Source: Octopus sinensis | Lineage: Eukaryota | Reading direction: 5' to 3' | Assembly: GCF_006345805.1 (NCBI RefSeq) | Contig: NW_021826555.1 | Span: 1 to 12,583 of the forward strand | DNA length: 12,583 bases | Shown: positions 1-8,116 of the stretch, in pieces | How the letters are laid out: every line of letters begins with the position of its first letter | Position numbering within the stretch: position 1 is the stretch's first letter | Position numbers and translations under genes: made by a program | Notes under the pieces: model-generated | Told to the model about the DNA's origin: nothing | The model's database searches: none | The model's input: the letters and a program-made list of their open reading frames with translations, nothing else

Positions 1-682
1 TTGGCACAGGAAGAATAAAAGAAATGGAGGCACGGCCAGGTTATAAAAGTTTTACACTGGAAACTGTGCCAGAAATGGGGATTTGTAGCTAGAAACACAT
101 AGTACAATCATCGAGTCGAAAGGGTGCTAGAATCGGAGAAATATAAGATTTTGTGGGTATTTCCTATTCAAACGGACAAGAGATTAGAAAATAATAGACC
201 AGACATAACAATTACAGATAAGGAAAAGCGAAGTTGTTTACTTATCGACCAATCATGCCCGTTTGGTTCCAGGATCATAAAGAAAGAGGGCGAAAAAAAA
301 TAAATACATTATTATCCACATTATTTACATTCGATGGATATATGTCCGTCGAATGTAAATAATGTAAATAATTCCTCATCTCTTAAATATAGAACTGAAA
401 AGGATACAATCCTTTAAGATTTGAAATTGGAGGAATTTGGAGCATGCGATGGTGCGATGGGAACAGTATGCAAAGACATAGACTGGGGAAGATTGAAATA
501 GAATGCCCGGTAGACCTCCTGCAGAAAGTTTGTCTCTTAGGGACAGCAAGGATTATCAGGAGGGTTCTAAGTACTTGAAAGATTACTAAAAACTTGTTGA
601 TATCTAAGGTTACAGATAGTAACTCGCTACACACATAAACCCTACCAGTAATAAGACCTAAGCTGAGCCAAATCAAAATAAA
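1..682 (+). mobile_element. Degraded 3' end of an R4/Dong-like (R2-superfamily) non-LTR retrotransposon: restriction-like endonuclease C-terminus plus 3' UTR
   Basis: Manual translation. Frame +1, 1-300: LAQEE*KKWRHGQVIKVLHWKLCQKWGFVARNT*YNHRVERVLESEKYKILWVFPIQTDKRLENNRPDITITDKEKRSCLLIDQSCPFGSRIIKKEGEKK. After the insert: YNPLRFEIGGIWSMR / GAMGTVCKDIDW / GKIEIECPVDLLQKVCLLGTARIIRRVLST* (stop 576-578). The RH(D), ILWD-x-IQTD, RPD..D and LQK-x-LLGTARI motifs match the known RLE end of R4/Dong elements. Stops and frameshifts show it is dead. Confidence 0.88.
301..397. mobile_element. ~97-bp insertion interrupting the retrotransposon ORF and carrying a fold-back hairpin; possibly a Penelope-like element terminal fragment
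   Basis: The protein-like reading stops at KEGEKK (300) and resumes at YNPLRFE (405). The insert has a perfect 17-bp inverted repeat, ACATTATTTACATTCGA (318-334) / TCGAATGTAAATAATGT (349-365). The Penelope identity rests on recalled octopus repeats only. Confidence 0.55.

Positions 683-750
<68 letters not shown>
683..750. repeat. (AAT)~22 microsatellite at the retrotransposon 3' end
   Basis: Uninterrupted AAT run read directly. Confidence 0.97.
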
Positions 751-751
<1 letters not shown>

Positions 752-897
752 GAGTGGCTGTGTGGTAAGTAGTTTTCTTACCAACCACATGGTTCCAGAT
801 TCAGTCCCACTGCGTGGCACCTTGGGCAAGTGTCTTCTACTTTAGCCTTGGGCCTTGTGAGTGGATTTGGTGAACGGAAACTGAAAGAAGTCCGTCG

Positions 898-983
<86 letters not shown>

Positions 984-1171
984 CCCCCACCATCGCTTGA
1001 CAACCGATGTTGGCGGGTCTAGGTCTCAGTAACTTAGCAGTTCGGCGAAAGAACCCGACAGAATAAGTACTAGGCTTACAAAGAATAAGTCCTGGGGTTG
1101 ATTTGATCAACTAAAGGTGGTGCTCCGGCATGACCGCAGTCAAATGACTGGAATAAATAAATAAGAAAAAA
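751..1171 (+). mobile_element. tRNA-headed SINE, family A (CORE-like centre, internal (TG)n, A-rich 3' end; OR-type octopus SINE-like)
   Basis: A-box-like TGGCTGTGTGG and B-box-like GATTCAGTCCC; CORE-like CACCTTGGGCAAGTGTCTT; (TG)n 904-980; tail ...CATGACCGCAGTCAAATGACTGGAATAAATAAATAAG. Homologous to 3696-3865, 3477-3550 (-) and 10790-10912. Confidence 0.85.
904..980. repeat. (TG)n microsatellite inside the SINE
   Basis: Direct read, one interruption near 944. Confidence 0.97.
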
Positions 1172-1870
1172 ATGGAATAAAATTAATAGATATCAAATAC
1201 TGTAGATGTTCCCGTAATGACTTATACTATTAGGGTTAGGGTTAAGGTTGAATGAACCAGCAAGGCTTGACATCAAAGCGGAGAAATAAAATCTTCAATT
1301 TGAACAGACCAACCTGGGTCTGACACAGAACGCTTATATTTATCAGGACGCCAGGGAGACTGTAAAGAATTGAAAACATTGTGATACATAATCAACGGAT
1401 ATACTAAAAAAATGGATATAAGATTCGGATTATAAAAAATACGTCATGACAACCTTGAAGAGAGGAAAATTAAGCACAAAATAGTCATATATGTATCACA
1501 CTTAATGGATATACAGCGTTAATAGAGTAATTACTGCTGTATTTTTTCTGAGATAATATCTGTTATGGGTGTGCAGTGTGAAAAACACGGTAAATATCGA
1601 ACGGAAATTCGTTCCAGCTGCGGCGAGAGAGAACGTGAGATACATTTCGGTTCTTCTTTTTTTTAAGCCTTTTTGCCTTTTCTTTTGCGTATTCACAGAC
1701 AGCCATTTATACCCGGACGAAAATTTGTCGTCTCCGACATAGGAAAAGAAAGGAGTAAAACTTTCGCAGATGTTGCTACTAATCGCCCGACTGAATAAAA
1801 ACTCGATATACGCAATTGATACAGTATTAAATTAAAATATCCATCTCTGTATATACATGTAGTAAGTGTG

Positions 1871-2125
<255 letters not shown>

Positions 2126-2126
2126 A

Positions 2127-2194
2127 GGAGGCGCAATGGCCTAGTGGTTAGGCAGCGGACTCGCGGTCGGAGGATCGCGGTTTCGATTTCCAGA
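2127..2194 (+). mobile_element. Solo tRNA-like SINE head (family C), body missing
   Basis: GGAGGCGCAATGGCCTAGTGGTTAGGCAGCGGACTCGCGGTCGGAGGATCGCGGTTTCGATTTCCAGA is nearly identical to 10311-10379. Confidence 0.85.
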
Positions 2195-2269
2195 TAAGTT
2201 ATGGAGATAAGCTATTCAGTTTATATTCGTCGATAACCATATTCACTAGTGGGAATTATAGAAATAATT

Positions 2270-2845
2270 ATTTCTACTTTAGGCACAAGGACTGAAATTG
2301 TGTGGGGAGGTGGCTAGTCGGTTATATCAACTCCAGTCATCAACTGGTACTTATTTTATTGACTTGGAAAGAATAAAAGTCAAAGATGACCTCGGCGGAA
2401 TTTGAACTCAGAAATTAGAGACGGACGGAATACCTATTTCTTTACTACCCACAAGGGGCTAAACACAGAGAGGACAAACAAGGACAGACAGCTGGATTAA
2501 GTCGATTATATCGACACCAGTGAGTAACTGGTGCTTATTTAATCGACCCCGAAAGGATGAAAGGCTAAGTCGACCTCGGCGGAATTTGAACTCAGAATGT
2601 AGCGGCAGACGAATACCTATTTCTTTATTACCCACAAGGGGCTAAACACAGAGGGAACAAACAAGGACAGACATAGGTATTAAATTGATTACATCGACCC
2701 CAGTGCGTAACTGGTCCTTAATTTATCGACCCCGAAAGGATGAAAGGCAAAGTCGACCCCGGCGGAATTTGAACTCACAACGTAACGCAGACGAAAACCG
2801 CTAAGCATTTCTCCTGGCGTGCCAACGATTCTGCCAGCTCGCCTT
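2270..2845 (-). mobile_element. Head-to-tail trimer of family-B SINEs: one A-box head followed by three B-box/core/tail units, the 3'-most being an older variant with a different tail
   Basis: Three copies of the CCAGT..ACTGG / GACCCCGAAAGGATGAAAGG / GGCGGAATTTGAACTCA module. Unit period 183 bp (TACCTATTTC at 2431 and 2614). A-box-like TGGCAGAATCGTTGG on the minus strand near 2836; B-box-like GAGTTCAAATTCC in each unit. Confidence 0.9.
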
Positions 2846-3203
2846 CTTATAATAATCATACTTTCTTAATATAGATATGAAATGACATCATAAACAGCAT
2901 TGATCGTTGGTAAAGGTTGTGGTGACTTCTGTGTTTGTCGTGTAATCGTCTGATATAAACTCTCGACATACTGCCGAATGACTGTGGAACAATCTTTGCA
3001 CGTCCACGCACCGTACGAACACGCAGTTATAAGTATGTTTCCATTTACTGTCATATTTCAGCGGTGGTCACTCGTAATCGAGGATGACTTCGTATTAGAA
3101 TATATGTTGCCGTTTTTTCATGGCTTTATGCAACCATGTAGTCTCGAGCAGGTACAGGTAACCTCTAAAAGTTCTCACTATTTGACCGTTAATATATGTG
3201 GCC

Positions 3204-3343
3204 CGTTTGTCTGTCCTTGTTTGTCTCCTCTGTGTTTAGCCCCTTGTGGGTAGTAAAGAAATAGGTATTTCGTCCGTCTCTATTTTCTGAGTTCAAATTC
3301 CGCCGAGGTCGTCTTTGACTTTTATCCTTTCCAAGTCAATAAA
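3204..3343 (+). mobile_element. Family-B SINE junction fragment (tail plus next B-box/core); inverted copy of 2355-2490
   Basis: Manual alignment of revcomp(3208-3343) to 2355-2490 gives 130/136 identities. Confidence 0.9.
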
Positions 3344-3476
3344 TGTAGACTGAGCTTTTATTTATTTTTACCACAGTTAATATGGAAGTTGAATAAAGAA
3401 AAAAGGTATTCAAGCTTTATAATTATTTGTTGAGTATGAATTGACATAAACATTGGTCGACCCGGGGTGATGGTAA

Positions 3477-3550
3477 AAGACACCAGCTCAAGTTGCCACG
3501 AGGTGGAAGTGAACCCGAAACCATGTGTTGCAGCGTGAGTACCTTAACCT
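3477..3550 (-). mobile_element. Degenerate family-A SINE head fragment
   Basis: Revcomp GGTTAAGGTACTCACGCTGCAACACATGGTTTCGGGTTCACTTCCACCTCGTGGCAACTTGAGCTGGTGTCTT aligns to 764-837. Confidence 0.65.
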
Positions 3551-3695
3551 CTAGAAGGGATCGTCTCCCTTATAATAGTTGACCACCAGGAGTAAACCAC
3601 GTGTTTGAAATAAAGTTATTGGCCATAACGAGGCTAAATTGCGTCCTCTGGTGACTCTTTCCTTTGCTAAGTCTAACGTTTGTGAAAATTGTAAA

Positions 3696-3865
3696 GGTAC
3701 AGGCATGACAGCGTGGTTAAGAAGCTCAATTTGCAACCAGATGGTTTGGGGTTCAATCCCACAGTGCAGCTCCTTGGACAAATGTCTTCTGTTATAACCT
3801 CAGACAGACCAATACCTTATGAGTGAATTTCGTAGACAGAAACTGTGCGGAAGCCCTTCGTATGT
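3696..3865 (+). mobile_element. Family-A SINE, 5' half
   Basis: TGACAGCGTGG (A box), GGTTCAATCCC (B box), CCTTGGACAAATGTCTTCT, GAGTGAATTT..GAAACTG..GAAGCCC; collinear with 751-900. Confidence 0.8.
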
Positions 3866-3889
3866 ATATGTATGTCTGTGTATATCTTT

Positions 3890-3921
<32 letters not shown>

Positions 3922-4036
3922 TGTATGTATGTATGTATGTATGTATGTATGTATGTATGCATGCATGCATGCATGCATGCGCGCGTGTGTGTGTGTATGT
4001 ATGTATGTATGTATGTATGTATGTATGTATGTATGC
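3861..4036. repeat. Compound (TATG)n-(CATG)n-(CG)n-(TG)n-(TATG)n microsatellite
   Basis: Direct read; source of the overlapping CMYV/HTYI ORFs. Confidence 0.97.
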
Positions 4037-4446
4037 ATATTTCTTCTTGGAAAAATGGATCTCGAAGCACATAAAGCTATAAGTAATAGTATGTACATAT
4101 AGGGTCGAAAAACGCTTTTGGATAGTAGAAATTCTAAGGTAGCTCGTAAAACACGAACCTAGATCTCCTGTGTACATGACAGACGTTCTACCATTGGATA
4201 AAAGCAATTCTCTGAATTACTCTACTCATTTCAGAAACTTTATTCTTAACAGCAAGAATTATATGTAGTTGACGCCTTAAGAATTTATAAACTGTCGAGA
4301 GAACGTGAAATAATTCTTTCTTGGAACAGTGGGATATTGAACTCTTAAAGCCTCAAGCTTTTCCTATCCAAATGGCTTTTCAGCCTAATACTTATATGCT
4401 ATTATTTATAGCTTTATGCGCATTAAGATTCACTGTTCCAAAACAG

Positions 4447-4450
<4 letters not shown>
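4037..4450. mobile_element. Putative degenerate MITE (non-autonomous DNA transposon) with ~100-bp imperfect inverted arms
   Basis: 4047-4095 vs revcomp(4393-4441): 39/49 ungapped matches, including CATAAAGCTATAA. Similarity continues inward through TTGGATAG (4118-4125 / 4364-4371). No family or TSD identified. Confidence 0.5.
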
Positions 4451-4493
<43 letters not shown>

Positions 4494-4535
4494 TGACAGG
4501 AGAGAGAGAGAGAGGGAGAGAAGGGAGAGAGAGAG
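4450..4535. repeat. (TA)n followed by imperfect (GA)n
   Basis: Direct read. Confidence 0.95.
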
Positions 4536-4623
4536 GTATGTGGGTATATGTAGAATAACATGCAGGAACTGAGAAATATGAATTAATGTAGCAAGGAGAA
4601 GTAGAGGAGGTGGCGGAGAGGGA

Positions 4624-4695
4624 AAGAAGAAGAAGAAGAAGAAGAAGAAGAAGAAGAAGAAGAAGAAGAAGAAGAAGAAGAAGAAGAAGAAGAAG
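4624..4695. repeat. (AAG)24 microsatellite within a polypurine tract
   Basis: Direct read; source of the poly-Leu ORF 4423..4797. Confidence 0.97.
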
Positions 4696-5957
4696 ACTGA
4701 GGATGATAAGGAGTGGAGGAGGAGACATGGGTAGAGGAGAAGTAAACGGCTCAGATCTCAGCAGAAGAATTAAGAGAAAAATAAGCTGAAAAGGCAAATA
4801 TAATCTTCAATGACTGATCGCAGCGGTGATCTTATCTGTTTTATATTTCGCTTTCTTTTTTCTTGTGTCATTAGTTTACCAGAGAAATCTAATGGCGCGA
4901 CACGAGCTTTCAGAGTGAATAATCGATGTTTGCAGACGACAGCGTTGACAAACCAGACGACAGCTCCCGCTTAAGTAGCTTGGCCACTATATTATCTTTA
5001 ATACATTATTTCTGCACATAATAATATGGAAATACTCCATATGTGTTTTGTACTTAAACCTTTCTATAATCTTGTGTGGAATCTGCAATTTGAACGTATT
5101 TAGGGTATTATGGAAACTGAAACATACTCGGACATACATACAAACATGCATACACATGCAAGGATACAGACGGACAAGTGTGTACGTGCATAAGAAAAAC
5201 TCACCAGCAAATACGCACAAATATCGTGTCACATTATACATTGCTAAAAGACAAAAAGCAGATGTTCACTTTTGCAGTTTGCAAGTTTATCTCCTGGATA
5301 AAGTTGATGTGAGACTGGATTACACATAAATTACTGAAGTCGTTGAAATGTAGGATGTTCCTGGTTTGGCGGGGAGTTGAAGCTTTAGGTTTGTGCTGGA
5401 AATAAACAAAGATTTAGACATCGACAGAAAATGTAATTCTTCTTTTTCCCATTTTCATTCTGCAAAACACATCTCCTTTTCCTCTTCTCTCACATTTATC
5501 CATTATACTTTTCATTCAGATTCTTTAAACAGCTGAAATTACTGTTCCCACTTATTAAATGCGATATCTCATATGTCACACTTCACGTGTTATGTTGAAT
5601 ATGTTACACATTATATGTCAAGTCTCATATCACATATTTGTCTCAAAATGCCGTCATGTATCGTGTTAAGTTTGTCACTGGTTCTACTCTACAGTAAGAA
5701 TTATAAAAAAACAAAAAAACTTTGGCACCTTTAAGGACTTCGACCTCCACCCCACTCCCACAATGCCATCAAAACTCTGCATCGGAAATATTTTAGAACA
5801 TAAATTTGCCTGTAATTTTAGATAAATGCAAACCTTAAAGCAAGCCAAGTGAAAAATTAATATTTCTTAATATCAACTTTTGTTAATCATCCAAGACTTG
5901 ATGGAAAAATCAAGGGTGTTATTAGGTGTTATTAGTCCAAACTAAATATTGACTTGA

Positions 5958-6148
5958 AATTTTGGCACAAGGCCAGCAATTCCGGAGGACAGGGTAAGTC
6001 GATTACCTAGACACCAGTACTCAACTGGTATTTATCTTAAAGACCCCGAAAGGATGAAAGGGAAAGTCGACCTCGACGGAATTTCAACTCAGAACGTGAA
6101 GATCTGACGAAAGCCGCTACGCACTTTGCCCGACGTCCTCACGTTTCT
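5958..6148 (-). mobile_element. Older family-B SINE (GGCACAAGG-type tail), interrupted in its head
   Basis: GGCACAAGG tail motif shared with 2282-2290; CCAGT-ACTCA-ACTGG; GACCCCGAAAGGATGAAAGG; CAACTCAGAACG; head to ACGTTTCT (6141-6148). Confidence 0.85.
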
Positions 6149-6369
6149 TATTTCTTTATTGCCCACAAGGGGCTAAACACAGAGAGGACAAACAAGGACA
6201 GACAAACGGATTAAGTCGATTATATCGACCCCAGTGCATAACTGGTACTAATTTAATCGACCCCGAAACGATGAAAGGCAAGGTCGACCTTCGCGAAATT
6301 TGAACTCAGAACGTAACGGCAGACGAAATACGACTAAGCATCTCGCCCGGCGTGTTAACGTTTCTGCCA
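6149..6369 (-). mobile_element. Younger family-B SINE (CCCACAAGGGGCTAAACACAG tail), near full length
   Basis: Collinear with 7883-8116 over its length. Confidence 0.9.
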
Positions 6370-6421
6370 TCACTGCCAGAAATATTGGAGACTGACAAGG
6401 AAATACGAAATATCTCCAATA

Positions 6422-6423
<2 letters not shown>

Positions 6424-6460
<37 letters not shown>
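6424..6460. repeat. (CA)n microsatellite
   Basis: Direct read. Confidence 0.95.
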
Positions 6461-6469
<9 letters not shown>

Positions 6470-6834
6470 ACAGATACAGATTTGTACATAGGCATATACA
6501 TATTCATACACATTTATAGATAGATATTTATATCTGTTTGTTTCCTTTTCTCTGTATCTCTCAAGTTAATCTATCCATCACTCGATGGATCGATAGCTAG
6601 ATCGATGTCTCTAACAGTCAGTGTGTGTTTTCAGTTTTATCTATGATTCTCACTTCAGAATGTCAGTACCTGTACATCATTCAATCAATCACCAAATCGA
6701 TTGTCCCCCCGCCCCCGCCCTCCCACACACATATTTGTTTTGTCTGTCTGTTTTAGTTACTTGCGGTCTTTGGTTTTGATTCAGCAACAAAAAAGGAAAC
6801 ACTTCGATCACTGATAAGTAAATAAAAAGATAAC

Positions 6835-6893
<59 letters not shown>

Positions 6894-6912
6894 TAATCTA
6901 ATAATAATAATA

Positions 6913-6956
<44 letters not shown>

Positions 6957-7071
6957 AATAATAATGATAATAATATATAATAGATATAATAATAATGATA
7001 ATAATATATATAATAATAATATAATAAGATAATGATAATATAATAATAATGATAATAATAATAATAATAAT

Positions 7072-7163
<92 letters not shown>

Positions 7164-7199
7164 TAATAATAATATAATAATAATAATAATAATAATAAT
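6835..7199. repeat. Compound (AAT)n/(GAT)n microsatellite with frequent interruptions
   Basis: Direct read; source of the poly-Y/S/L ORF 6689..7321. Confidence 0.97.
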
Positions 7200-7882
7200 C
7201 GCAAGAAGAATTTTATAAAAACAAAATTAGAAACAATAAATAAAGAAAAGACCGCATTCTTCAACGATGGTTGCGAATTGATTGAGGCGTACAGAGAAAA
7301 TAATGATTCTACTGAAGTCAATAAATCGATGGTTATGATCTATTTAAACCATTAAGTCGGGTGAAATCAGTGTGGGATGACGTTAAAAGATACATTTTCG
7401 TGCTTTGCAGATTTGTTTCTTTGTTTCTTTGTTTCTTTCTTTATATATTTCTATCGTTTTTTGGTTTTTTTACAACTGAGTCAACACTTGAAAACGATGA
7501 CCGCTTTTTAAGATTTCTTAATAAGCTGAAGAAATTATAGGCGAGATGTGTTTGATCATTCCGATTCTTTTTAGTTTCCAAGTTCTGAGTGAATTATTCC
7601 TTGAAGTTGGTAAAAGTTGCCAAGCATATTATATCTTAATTTTCTTTATACTCGACACTGAAAAGTTCGCCATTTCTTGGTAAGAAAAAATTATCCATTG
7701 CGTAAATTCAATGTGTAGGCGGCAGAGTAAGACAAAAAAAATATCTGTTCAGCAGTTTTTTTTTTCTTTTTGTGTGTTTTTTTTTACTGGATTCTCACTT
7801 ATTGCTATTTATTCGCTTTTTATGCAATGGGAAATCTTTAAGAATAAAAAAAAAGATATATCGTTAACGTATCTGGTTATAT

Positions 7883-8116
7883 ATATTTCTTTACTACCCA
7901 CAAGGGGCTAAACACAGAGAGGACAAACAAGGACAGACAAATGGATTAAGTCGATTACATCGACCCCAGTGCGCAACTGGTACTTAATTTATCGACCCCG
8001 AAAGGATGAAAGGCAAATTCGACCTCGGCGGAATTTGAACTCAGAACGTAACAGCAGACGAAATACGGCCACGCATTTCGCCCGGCGTGCTAACGTTTCT
8101 GCCAGCTCGCCGCCTT
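7883..8116 (-). mobile_element. Full-length monomeric family-B SINE (~230 bp)
   Basis: Sense strand: GGCGGCGAGCTGGCAGAAACGTTAGC (A box) ... GAGTTCAAATTCC (B box) ... core ... CCCCTTGTGGGTAGTAAAGAAATA. No TSD seen. Confidence 0.92.

Noticed and set aside
383-829. ORF 383..829 (-) and other poly-I/Y/L/S, HT, IY and CMYV ORFs (778..1110, 1832..2197, 3792..4207, 4423..4797, 6689..7321, 8530..8748, 11534..11728)
   Set aside because: They stay open only because microsatellites lack stops; the flanks are SINE or antisense transposon sequence.
1230-1247. Interstitial telomeric repeat TTAGGG TTAGGG TTAAGG
   Set aside because: Only two perfect units, too short to distinguish from chance or decayed repeat.
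1502-1696. Short ORFs or exons around 1550-1640 on either strand
   Set aside because: Several mutually exclusive readings and no recognisable protein.
2431-2800. Tandem 183-bp units as a satellite or CRISPR array
   Set aside because: The units match dispersed SINE monomers elsewhere in the window.
2866-3054. Minus-strand ORF MTVNGNILITACSYGAWTCKDC...
   Set aside because: Only 62 aa, no domain recognised, and no consistent splice sites.
7197-7337. Stop-free + frame NRKKNFIKTKLETINKEKTAFFNDGCELIEAYRENNDSTEVINRWL*
   Set aside because: No start codon or credible acceptor (upstream is AAT repeat) and no recognisable motif.
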